A stretch of DNA of 64,000 nt, from the IMG/VR virus record IMGVR_UViG_3300014205_000185, positions 32,001 to 96,000 of that record, one strand, 5' to 3'. Origin of the DNA: a virus. Taxonomy: Duplodnaviria; Caudoviricetes. Positions within the stretch are counted from its first letter, which is position 1, and each line of letters opens with the position of its first letter. Both the position numbers and the translations under genes were made by a program. This document shows positions 1 through 8,224 of the stretch, piece by piece. Under the pieces are notes generated by a model that saw only the letters and a program-made list of their open reading frames with translations, made no database searches and was not told the DNA's origin.

Positions 1-157
1 ATGTGGACGCACTGATCGACCGAGCTACTCACATCTACTGGGAGCACCACGTCGCCGGCCACGACCTCGTCATCGTGGACGACCTCTCCCAGGTCTGGGC
101 CGTACTGGCGCGGCGCCCGGAGCCTGCTATGTCAACTACTGACGACGGAGACAGTCA

Positions 158-385
158 GTGAGCAAGCTCAACACCGAGGACATCATCGAGGTCTCCGTCA
201 AGACGAGTTCGATCGGACTGGTCTCATCGGCACTCTTCGTCGTCATCGTCGCGTGGCCGGTCATGCTCGGCCTCGGCGCCGCGCATGCTCAGTGGCCTGT
301 TGTGCCGGCATTCGGCTACTGGACGACGTACATCGTCACCCTGGCGATTCACCTCGTAGCCAGTCTGACTCGGCCACGGTCATGA
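158..385 (+). CDS. small membrane protein
   Basis: 75 aa with two hydrophobic segments; GGAG upstream of the GTG start; overlaps neighbours by 4 nt. Confidence 0.6.
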   Translation: MSKLNTEDIIEVSVKTSSIGLVSSALFVVIVAWPVMLGLGAAHAQWPVVPAFGYWTTYIVTLAIHLVASLTRPRS

Positions 386-657
386 CCTCCGCTCGCCTTC
401 TTTTGATCGGAGACGCCATAGACCGATTCATGGAGCTGTTGAGTCAGATCCAAGGACTCGTCGGCACGTCCCGGTTCGTGCCGGTCTCGACCGAAGAGGG
501 ATTGGCGACAGCTCAGAAGATCATGGCGTTCCCTCGACACATGGCTGCCGTCGATGTCCGTGAGGACGTGGCCAACCTGATCCTCACCCTGGTCGCGGAG
601 CGCGACGAGCTGAAGCGGCAAGCTGGAAGGCTGAGGGGCTCGCATGGGACGGCTTGA
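382..657 (+). CDS. hypothetical phage protein
   Basis: ATG at 382 coupled to the upstream stop (ATGA). Confidence 0.55.
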   Translation: MTSARLLLIGDAIDRFMELLSQIQGLVGTSRFVPVSTEEGLATAQKIMAFPRHMAAVDVREDVANLILTLVAERDELKRQAGRLRGSHGTA

Positions 658-877
658 GCCCGTCCGGCGAGCGGACGTTAGATAGATTCATGGCGAACGA
701 GTCGCAACCCCACATCTCTCATGACCCATACCGGCGTCAGGGTATGGTGAGCCAACTCACCTACTGTCGAGTGTGCTCTGCGGAGATCCAGGACGGCGAC
801 GGCCGGACGACCCCGGCCGGACAGTCCCCATGCACGGGACCCCGGGTTCGGCGTCCGAGATTCATAGGAGTTGGTCC

Positions 878-1087
878 ATGACGATCCACCCCAGCCATCA
901 CATGATCACTGGAAATGATGGAACGGTACTGGCTGGGCTCAAGTACTGCGCATCTTGCGGCTGGGTAGACGCCGCCGGCTACTCGTTGACGAAGAGCAAG
1001 CTCGCCGAGCCGTGTGCGTCGGCAGCTGCGCAGTCCCGACGTGGCCAGTCAGGCGAGGAGAACGAGGAGGAAATGCCCAGTGCCTAA
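878..1087 (+). CDS. small Cys/His-containing hypothetical protein
   Basis: AGGAG upstream, ATGA coupling, CxxC motif. Confidence 0.5.
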   Translation: MTIHPSHHMITGNDGTVLAGLKYCASCGWVDAAGYSLTKSKLAEPCASAAAQSRRGQSGEENEEEMPSA

Positions 1088-1718
1088 GCTGGACGACTAT
1101 GCCGATGAGCTGGCGGTAATGAACTCGATCCCGGTGATCAAGTACGTGCCGACTGAAGCTCCACCAGTTCTGGTGGAGACATCCCGAGACTACGTCCGGG
1201 AGATGAAGGCGATTCTCGACCAACATCTGACCAACGAGCAGTACAACGCTGCCGAGATAGCTCGGACGGTTGTCGCAGAGTTGCGCCGCGAGGACCCTGA
1301 CCTCCTCCTCGGTTGGCTATCGGTGCAGGCGGTTCGGCTTGTCCGGGAGACGATCCTCAAGCGTGACTCCACCTTCCGTGGCGAGAATCGGCAGCGAGCG
1401 GCCTACAGTACGTCCCGATCGGTATTCCGTGACGCCGCCGCGGAGTTCGAGCGCACGGGTGACGACAAGCCCTTGCGGTCTCGCTTCATGGCCGAGGTGT
1501 ACGTCATCCCTGACGGCTCACGAGTTCCATTGAGACTCATGACCGCCGACCAGTTGAACTTCGCTGCGGACGATTTCCAGCAGCGCGGCAGAGAGAGCCT
1601 CTTCCGGGAGGCATTCCTGCGCGCCGTGGCCACCCGCTGCGGCGATCGGACCGTGGAGGAGGTGTTTGACGAGGGGCAGCTCGCACGACTGTGGCTGTCG
1701 ATCGCTACTCCCAGATAG
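1080..1718 (+). CDS. alpha-helical hypothetical protein, candidate partner of the downstream RAMP
   Basis: GTG at 1080 downstream of GAGGAGG; about 212 aa; ends where the repeat tract begins. Confidence 0.7.
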   Translation: MPKLDDYADELAVMNSIPVIKYVPTEAPPVLVETSRDYVREMKAILDQHLTNEQYNAAEIARTVVAELRREDPDLLLGWLSVQAVRLVRETILKRDSTFRGENRQRAAYSTSRSVFRDAAAEFERTGDDKPLRSRFMAEVYVIPDGSRVPLRLMTADQLNFAADDFQQRGRESLFREAFLRAVATRCGDRTVEEVFDEGQLARLWLSIATPR

Positions 1719-1722
1719 CCAG

Positions 1723-1901
1723 CGACACGACTACTCCCCCCTGGCCGACCCACCTCTATTTCGACGAACCTCCCCCTGTCGCCGCCTCCCCGCCCAAGAC
1801 GACGCACCAGCGCGACCCACTTCATGTCAACCCAGTTGACTGCCCGACAAACCTGGTCTCACCCAGCCCCATTCACGCGCCGACTTTCCTTCGCGTGCAA
1901 C
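1723..1901. repeat. degenerate C-rich pentamer-periodic repeat tract (candidate guide-RNA array)
   Basis: CGAC at 1723, 1728, 1746, 1762, 1800, 1813, 1845 and 1881. Five of these continue NN-ACY. C occupies 16 of 18 positions spaced every 5 nt from 1783 to 1868. Confidence 0.6.
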
Positions 1902-1934
1902 AAAAAATCAACTATCCACAAAGGAGTAAGAACA

Positions 1935-2654
1935 GTGGCATCCGTATTCGCCAGCTACCAGGCCGAGAACTACCCGTACCGCTTCAGCGGCACTCTGCTC
2001 GTGGGCACCATCGCGGGCGGCATCCCCGCCGACCCGAAGGTCGCTGAGGGTTGGCTACGCACCAAGCTCGGCGTCGACAAGGAGGCTGAGATCCAGCGCC
2101 TGGTCGCAGAGACCATGGTCGAGCGGGGCGTGGACATGGCCGCCGCCACCGAGATCGTCAACGAGCAGAAGAACCTCAATGGGTTCAAGCGCGACGCGGA
2201 GAGGGGTCTCTACATCGAGGGACGTCAGCTCAAGGCCGCCCTCAAGGAGGCCACCTCGATTGCCGTCGCCGCCGGCAAGCTCTCCCAGCGTGGCTGGGGT
2301 ACTACGAACAAGGGCATCCTGAGCTTCCTCGCGGAGCACATGTTCGTGGTCGAGGACAAGCTGTTCCTGGGCGTCACTGAGCCCACGGGCGTAAACCAGC
2401 GCTTCGTGCACACGTTCCGCGGCACCGGCATCCAGTACGAGGAGTACGTGAACGAGGCGAAGGTCGACTTCACCGTCATCACGGACTTTGACTTCAGCGC
2501 CCGGGACTGGGCCGCTATCTGGTCGACCGGCGAACAGAACGGCATCGGTGCTTCCCGGTCGCAGGGCTACGGCCGCTACGAGGTCATCCGCTGGGACCGC
2601 GAGGTGCTCTCGACCCCGAGCAAGCCGCCGGCTCCGAAGAAGCCTGGCGCCTGA
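1935..2654 (+). CDS. stand-alone Cas7-group RAMP superfamily protein (Csm3/Cmr4/Csf2-like fold)
   Basis: AAGGAG RBS plus GTG. Motifs: N-terminal strand YRFSGTLLVGTIAGG, FKRD..GLYIEGRQLKAALKEA (cf. PYIPGSSLKGALR), and C-terminal G-rich loop GIGASRSQGYGRYEV. Confidence 0.85.
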   Translation: MASVFASYQAENYPYRFSGTLLVGTIAGGIPADPKVAEGWLRTKLGVDKEAEIQRLVAETMVERGVDMAAATEIVNEQKNLNGFKRDAERGLYIEGRQLKAALKEATSIAVAAGKLSQRGWGTTNKGILSFLAEHMFVVEDKLFLGVTEPTGVNQRFVHTFRGTGIQYEEYVNEAKVDFTVITDFDFSARDWAAIWSTGEQNGIGASRSQGYGRYEVIRWDREVLSTPSKPPAPKKPGA

Positions 2655-2727
2655 CCCTTCCTCCAGGGTGGTCCGTGGATTACTCTGCGAATCGCCGTCT
2701 TGGGTAAACCCCCACATGGAGGTAACG

Positions 2728-2865
2728 ATGCGTTTCGTCTGTGACAGCTGCACGAACGGGCAGCACGAGGAGTGCCGCGGGGGTACGTGGTGCGACTGTG
2801 GCCATCGGCCCACGCCAAAGATCTTTCAACTAGCTCGGGAGGCTAGGGATGCCCAACTTCGATGA
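2728..2865 (+). CDS. small Cys-rich (Zn-binding) protein
   Basis: GGAGG RBS; CxxC..H..C..CxC pattern. Confidence 0.55.
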   Translation: MRFVCDSCTNGQHEECRGGTWCDCGHRPTPKIFQLAREARDAQLR

Positions 2866-3247
2866 CGACGTGCCGATGCCGGTGGCTGTACCGCCACCGG
2901 CAAGCCGACCAAAGGCGTGGGTCCCGGCGCCCGAGCCGGCGAAGCCGGCGGCTCTGACACTCCGAGAGCAGATGGGTTGCGCCATCTGGGTTGGCAACGG
3001 CGTCCGCCGCAAGTCCCGTACCGAAGGACAGTGGCGGGCCATGTCGATGGAGCACTCGGGCAGCTTGCGTGATACCTACCTGGGCATCGTCGACCTGATG
3101 CGGCCGGTGATCAAGGAGCACTTCGAGGCCGCCCTGACGCAAATGGAAAGGTCGCGGACGGCCAGCGAGCTTGCCTCAAATTTCGAGGCAGCGCTGGTCT
3201 GGGAGCAGGCCACGGTCATTCTGCGTGCGGCCATCGATGATGTCTGA
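2849..3247 (+). CDS. hypothetical protein
   Basis: GGAGG RBS, 132 aa. Confidence 0.65.
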   Translation: MPNFDDDVPMPVAVPPPASRPKAWVPAPEPAKPAALTLREQMGCAIWVGNGVRRKSRTEGQWRAMSMEHSGSLRDTYLGIVDLMRPVIKEHFEAALTQMERSRTASELASNFEAALVWEQATVILRAAIDDV

Positions 3248-3419
3248 GGTCATTATCGCCGGCCTCTCGGCACTGGCGACCATGTTGCTATTCCTGATCG
3301 TCTTCACGCTTGGGGGCATCTTCCTCGCTGTCGGACATCTCCTCGTTCGACTGCGGAACTGGATCTATCGGCGACACCTTGAAGGGAGGGGGCCTACTGG
3401 CGGACCGCACAACCCATAA
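3240..3419 (+). CDS. small membrane protein
   Basis: long hydrophobic N-terminus, coupled to the upstream gene. Confidence 0.5.
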   Translation: MSEVIIAGLSALATMLLFLIVFTLGGIFLAVGHLLVRLRNWIYRRHLEGRGPTGGPHNP

Positions 3420-3468
3420 CTGTTGAGCGATCCAAAGATGGGTCGCGCCTGAAAGGATCTTTGTCCAC

Positions 3469-4278
3469 ATGAGACGCACTATCACTGCCCTGGTAGCGAT
3501 AGCTACGCTGCTCCTACTTCCACATCCGGCGCAGGCCGCCGCCCCTACGGCCGTCTCGCCCGTCACCGCTCCTATTCATGTGGAGCTGGGTGGCACATAC
3601 GTCACTCACGTCCTACCGGCCGACATCGCGACGAACGCGCAGTGGGGCGAGGGCGTCATCCGGATCACCACCCGCGTCTGTGGCAACGCTGACAACTGGG
3701 AGCAGGTTGCCGCGGCCAACGGCATCAGTCCTCCGGTGTACCTGGTCCTGCTCGACCAGCGGATCGTGGTCAGCTGCGCGGCCGGATCATCGCCCAAGAC
3801 TCCGGCATCAGCGCCAGCGGCGGCTCCTCCGGCGCCCGCGCCAGCCCCACAGGCGGCGTCGTCGGGCTGGGCTAACCCCGTCTGCGCTATGTCGATCGGT
3901 GACGGACTCGGCGCCGGACGCAATCACATGGGCGTGGATCTGATCGCCGACTATGGCACTCCAATCCGTGCCGCCGCGGCCGGTACCGTGTCGGTCGCTA
4001 CTCAGATCTACTACGACGAGCAAGGGCGCGTCAAGGGCGCTGGCAACTACACGACCATCAGTCATGGCAACAACGTCTGGACACAGTACTTCCATCAGTC
4101 CAAGTGGGCCGTGACGTCTGGTTGGGTTGCTACTGGCCAGATCATTGGGTACGTCGGCAGCACTGGCGACTCGTCGGGACCCCATCTGCACTTCGAGGTC
4201 CGAACCGGGAGCGCCTGGGGCTACGCCCAGGACCCGATCGCTTGGATGAACAACCACGGCGTCCGGCTCGGCTGCTAG
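3469..4278 (+). CDS. secreted M23-family peptidoglycan endopeptidase with LysM-like N-terminal region
   Basis: signal peptide ending AQA; WEQVAAANGI LysM-like segment; Pro/Ala linker; HMGVD (HxxxD) and GPHLHFE (HxH) zinc motifs. Confidence 0.9.
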   Translation: MRRTITALVAIATLLLLPHPAQAAAPTAVSPVTAPIHVELGGTYVTHVLPADIATNAQWGEGVIRITTRVCGNADNWEQVAAANGISPPVYLVLLDQRIVVSCAAGSSPKTPASAPAAAPPAPAPAPQAASSGWANPVCAMSIGDGLGAGRNHMGVDLIADYGTPIRAAAAGTVSVATQIYYDEQGRVKGAGNYTTISHGNNVWTQYFHQSKWAVTSGWVATGQIIGYVGSTGDSSGPHLHFEVRTGSAWGYAQDPIAWMNNHGVRLGC

Positions 4279-4310
4279 TAAGCAGATAGCCTCCTGGAGA
4301 AGAGGAATGT

Positions 4311-4364
4311 GTCGGCCCGATGGGATCAGATCCCAGGCAGATCTCGCGGTCCCATCGGGCTGAC
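4311..4364. other. long intergenic stem-loop
   Basis: GTCGGCCCGATGGGA pairs with TCCCATCGGGCTGAC (one G-U); inner AGATC/GATCT stem. Confidence 0.65.
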
Positions 4365-4399
4365 CATTTACATCGAAAGATGACCCAGGAGACAGAGTT

Positions 4400-4879
4400 A
4401 TGCAGACTCAGGCCGTGTTGCGTAGACCAGGAGACATCGTGCAGATCGCTCGTCGGCTATGTCAGGAGCTACACCAGATCCGGCTACAGCTCGGTCTGTC
4501 ACAGGCGGACGTGGCCAGGGCCATGGATATGCCGACCTCTCAGTCGAGCATCAGCGACTACGAGACTGGAGTGTCGTCACCAACGCTGCGCTCCTTGGTC
4601 CGATGGGCCGACGCGCTCGGCTGTACGTTGCGAATTGAGCCCGGCACCGAGCAGTGGGATGAGCGGGATCTACGAGGAGCTGACCTGCCGCACTTCACGT
4701 GGCGAGAGTGGGCAGTGGCCGGCGTCCCGGATCGAGTCTTCCATTCCGCCGAGCACGCCCAGAAGGTCGCCTCCTTCCAGGGATTTGGTGAACGCGAGAT
4801 CAAGGTCCGAGTGGTAAAAGAGTGGCTCGACGGAGAAGTTCTGCATGGCCCCTGGGAGAAAGTAGGCAACGATGAGTGA
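4400..4879 (+). CDS. XRE-family HTH protein with C-terminal extension
   Basis: LHQIRLQLGLSQADVARAM..SQSSISDYETG..SPTLRSLVRWADAL. Confidence 0.85.
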   Translation: MQTQAVLRRPGDIVQIARRLCQELHQIRLQLGLSQADVARAMDMPTSQSSISDYETGVSSPTLRSLVRWADALGCTLRIEPGTEQWDERDLRGADLPHFTWREWAVAGVPDRVFHSAEHAQKVASFQGFGEREIKVRVVKEWLDGEVLHGPWEKVGNDE

Positions 4880-5444
4880 GGTCTTTGTACCTAGTGCTCG
4901 CTTCGCGATATCACCCGACGGGCGCAAGGCTGCAATCCGTGCGTACGACGGAGATTCCTGGTTCTTGGCCTTGTTCGACTCGGTCAAGGGTACGCATGTT
5001 TCGAGCTTGCCTGGCGACTGGATCTACTTCGTGCCAGCGGTCGAGCGCGACCTGGCTGGCGAGGAGGTCAAACGGGCGGCTGATTCCTTGGAGGAATGCG
5101 CCTCGATGTTCGAGCACATCCGTCGACACATGCTGCCCGAGGTAAGTGAGCCTGGGCATGGCGAGCCTGGGGTAGAGCGGCTTGAGAATCGGATCCACCA
5201 GCTGGAGAACGGCCTGAGATGGATTCGATTTTGGGCGGGACTGCACTACCTGGGCGACGCCTTCGATCCTGAACACATGCGAGACATCGTCAACGTCGCC
5301 GCCGACGTTCTCGATGGGGCCCTCAAGGAAAAGCTCCCCGACTTCGATGAAGCCCTGGCCCGCGCCAAAGAGGCAGGTAAGCAGTGGGCGGACAGGGTCG
5401 GGCAGTGGGTGGAAGAAGACGAGGCCTCCCAATCGGAAAGGTAG
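4872..5444 (+). CDS. hypothetical protein
   Basis: 190-aa ORF coupled in the operon. Confidence 0.65.
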   Translation: MSEVFVPSARFAISPDGRKAAIRAYDGDSWFLALFDSVKGTHVSSLPGDWIYFVPAVERDLAGEEVKRAADSLEECASMFEHIRRHMLPEVSEPGHGEPGVERLENRIHQLENGLRWIRFWAGLHYLGDAFDPEHMRDIVNVAADVLDGALKEKLPDFDEALARAKEAGKQWADRVGQWVEEDEASQSER

Positions 5445-5449
5445 TGACC

Positions 5450-5626
5450 ATGGCTGAACTAGTGGGTACCCAGAAGGCGGCTGCCCTCCACGGCATAGCT
5501 CTTAATCAGGGCTACACGATCCTGGAGCAGCTCAGCGCAGCACGCGAGGCGCTGGACATCTACGAGCAGGAGTACGACCAACTCAAGGCCAAGTGCGACC
5601 AGCTAGAGCAGCAGCAGTCGACATGA
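5450..5626 (+). CDS. small coiled-coil protein
   Basis: GAAAGG upstream, heptad pattern. Confidence 0.55.
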   Translation: MAELVGTQKAAALHGIALNQGYTILEQLSAAREALDIYEQEYDQLKAKCDQLEQQQST

Positions 5627-5738
5627 CGTGGCTACTGGTCCTGATCGGACAGACGGTGCCAGGCTCCGAGGGAGTTCCTCTGCCGGCAGTCTTTGCCTAT
5701 GGGCGTCGGCCGTGGCACGCACGCAGGAGGAGGAGAGC

Positions 5739-6131
5739 ATGAGCGGTCGAGTCGGGATCTGTGGCGCCCAGTCGCCTTTCTATGGCGGAGCATCACCCTA
5801 CGTGTGCGATCTGGACGCCGGCCACCTCGGCTGGCACGGGGCTATGCCGCCGGGGTTCGAGATGCTCGGGATACGGACGAGCTGGGGGCGAGTAGATACA
5901 GACGTTGCCCGCGACCCGCGCTGGCCGGAGAGCGCTCGAATCTCAAACCTGGACGACCCGTTCGACCTGGCCGCAGCCACTGATGCCAGTGCGCGCTATG
6001 GCCGGCTAACGGACGTAGAAGTCGCCTTCGCCGCACACCGGGCAGCGCGTCATCTGCATGCGGCCCTGCGCGAGATCGAGCGCCTACGACGCAGCTCCGA
6101 AAATGCACTCGCCGTCGAGGACGAAGCATGA
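5739..6131 (+). CDS. hypothetical protein with C..C...H..H motif
   Basis: AGGAGGAG RBS. Confidence 0.6.
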   Translation: MSGRVGICGAQSPFYGGASPYVCDLDAGHLGWHGAMPPGFEMLGIRTSWGRVDTDVARDPRWPESARISNLDDPFDLAAATDASARYGRLTDVEVAFAAHRAARHLHAALREIERLRRSSENALAVEDEA

Positions 6132-6859
6132 CCAGCGATCGGGCCGTCTGGGTCATTGGCACCGCGGAGGATTGCGACTTTCAGATCGTCGACGAGTACG
6201 CCAGCGGTCATCACTGCCGGATTCTTAAGACAGACTCCGGCTATGTGGTCGAGGACCTGGGCTCGATGAACGGGACCTTCGTCCAGTCTCCGGGATTCTC
6301 GAACAAGGTTTACAAGTCCTACCTGCTGAAGGGTGGCCAGTCCCTGCGTGTCGGTCGCACCGACCTGGCCTGGACCGAGATCGTCCGCCGTTCTTCCCCG
6401 CGTCGAGCGCCGGCAATACCAACCATCGAGAGCTTGACCAGGGAGCTGGAGCTGGAGCTGGCCCGCGCCGAGCTAGCGGCGGCCAAGGATAGTGAGGAAT
6501 GGGACCCAGGCCCGATGTATATAGAGTACGACCGGGTCCGAACCGCGCTCCTTCGGGCCGAGGCGATCATCGCCCGGATTCGGGGACTTGACTCCGAGGA
6601 CGAGACCGTCAGGACACTGGTCGGGGACTACGGCACCTTCGCCGAGGACCACATCCAGGCCCTGGTCGACGAGCGCGACGCCCTGGAGCACTCGATCATC
6701 GACGGCCGAGCCCTAACCAACGACGCATTCCGTCAGCTCCGGGAGTTGATCCTCCCTGCGCTGAACCTGGAAGACGACGGCAAGACCTCGCTTCTGTCCT
6801 ATGTGGAACAGCTTGTGGTCGAGGTAGGACACACCCGCAAGGGGAGGGAAGAGCAGTGA
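6128..6859 (+). CDS. FHA-domain protein with C-terminal helical region
   Basis: WVIGTAEDCDFQIVDEYASGHHCRI..VEDLGSMNGTFV matches the FHA pattern (SxxH, DLGSxNGT). Confidence 0.85.
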   Translation: MTSDRAVWVIGTAEDCDFQIVDEYASGHHCRILKTDSGYVVEDLGSMNGTFVQSPGFSNKVYKSYLLKGGQSLRVGRTDLAWTEIVRRSSPRRAPAIPTIESLTRELELELARAELAAAKDSEEWDPGPMYIEYDRVRTALLRAEAIIARIRGLDSEDETVRTLVGDYGTFAEDHIQALVDERDALEHSIIDGRALTNDAFRQLRELILPALNLEDDGKTSLLSYVEQLVVEVGHTRKGREEQ

Positions 6860-7359
6860 CCGAGGACTGGACCCACGCTCCGGGCGCGACGGAACCACGC
6901 ATGGAGATGGCCGCGATTGGCGGTGTGGTACTGCTCCGCTCATCGTCGGCCCCGGAGAAGGTGATCTCCCTGACCGAGGCTGAGTGGCTCGCATTCATGA
7001 CTGGCTTGCTGCCGAGGACCGACCCGCGCGAGATCCCGGGCTCTATGGCCGGACCCGGCGGCCCCCACGACCCGCACGGGGTCGTGCTCGACGCCCGCAA
7101 CGCCGTCCTACTCGAAACCATCGATGTGTCGACCGTCGACCCTGAGCGTGGCGGTCGGGGCAGGTCGGCGCTCGCCCTCGTGCTCGGGGGGCGCATCAAC
7201 CAAACCCAGGATCGTGCCAGTGTGCTGTTTATCTTCGGCACTGACGGAGCGGCCGGCATCATCACCGAGCTGATCGGCGTTATGGACAGGGCGTCTGGCT
7301 CCGAGTTCGTCGCCGGATTCATGGCCGATCTCTCCGAACGCCTGCGCGGTGCCGAGTGA
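6856..7359 (+). CDS. DUF397-like N-terminal domain fused to an unknown domain
   Basis: MEMAAIGGVVLLRSSSAPEKVISLTEAEWLAFMTG resembles DUF397 (VEVA..V.VRDSK.P..L.FT..EW.AF..G). Confidence 0.65.
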   Translation: MTEDWTHAPGATEPRMEMAAIGGVVLLRSSSAPEKVISLTEAEWLAFMTGLLPRTDPREIPGSMAGPGGPHDPHGVVLDARNAVLLETIDVSTVDPERGGRGRSALALVLGGRINQTQDRASVLFIFGTDGAAGIITELIGVMDRASGSEFVAGFMADLSERLRGAE

Positions 7360-7823
7360 CCAAAGTGCGGCTCATCGCAATCCAGATCACCGATGACGTG
7401 GTCTATGGCGCTGTTATGCCCTCCGTGGGTTACTTTCCGGAGGCGGACGTCGGCCCGTGGGGCATCAACGCGGCACCTCGGGCCTGGGAGCTACTGAAGC
7501 AGTTGACGGCAGAAGACGCCGACGTCGAGGATCTCAAAAGGCGCTACGGCAAAGAGCTGGCCGATGCCGAGGAAGAGTTGGCCCTGGCGTTGGACATGGA
7601 GTACGGCGAGTACGGCTATCCGACTGGAGACAATACCGTGGTCAGTCTGGCCATGGAGGTTCGCCGAGAGCTGGAGAAGGCCCGCGGTGAGCGTGACCTA
7701 CTGAGGATGCAGCTTGCTAGGGTTCGGCAAGCGAGTCGTCGTACGATCGATCATCTGGTCCGGCAGCTTGAGGCCGTTGGCCAGTCACCCACGATCGCCA
7801 GCCCCCTCGAAGGGACTCAATGA
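7356..7823 (+). CDS. hypothetical coiled-coil protein
   Basis: GTGA-coupled ORF. Confidence 0.6.
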   Translation: MTKVRLIAIQITDDVVYGAVMPSVGYFPEADVGPWGINAAPRAWELLKQLTAEDADVEDLKRRYGKELADAEEELALALDMEYGEYGYPTGDNTVVSLAMEVRRELEKARGERDLLRMQLARVRQASRRTIDHLVRQLEAVGQSPTIASPLEGTQ

Positions 7824-8224
7824 GCGACAAGCTTGAGGCCGTTACCCAGGCGGTGAACCAGCACCACGTGGACACTGTCCGGATCTGGGGAAACTGGACC
7901 TGGATCTGTAGCTGTATGCCCGGTCTGGCGGAAGAGACCTTCACCGAGTACGAACAGGCCCAGGTCGCTGGCTCGCGCCATCAGGCCGTTGCGGTGGTTG
8001 ACGCCCTCGGGCTCCTGCTTCTGCCGCCGGGAGGATCGACCCGGACCTGGTACGGCTACACGGACATGAACGGGACCGCCGTCCATCGCTGCCTGGACCC
8101 GGACTACTGCGATATCCCGGCCAATCTGCACGTGGTGTCGCAGACGGTAACCATGTGGGATAACCGATCCAGCTACACCAGGGCCTGGGAGCCGTACGTA
8201 CATCGAGGGAGAGTCAGTGGCTGA
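7820..8224 (+). CDS. hypothetical protein
   Basis: ATGA-coupled ORF. Confidence 0.6.
   Translation: MSDKLEAVTQAVNQHHVDTVRIWGNWTWICSCMPGLAEETFTEYEQAQVAGSRHQAVAVVDALGLLLLPPGGSTRTWYGYTDMNGTAVHRCLDPDYCDIPANLHVVSQTVTMWDNRSSYTRAWEPYVHRGRVSG

Noticed and set aside
1719-1930. Canonical CRISPR array or TIGR-type array
   Set aside because: There are no identical 25-40 nt repeats with unique spacers, unit lengths are irregular, and there is no Nop-domain gene. The tract is reported as a degenerate periodic repeat instead.
1691-2047. 118-aa Pro-rich ORF, and the N-terminal extension of the RAMP ORF from 1824
   Set aside because: Both are by-products of the C-rich tract. The strong AAGGAG RBS points to GTG 1935 as the real start.
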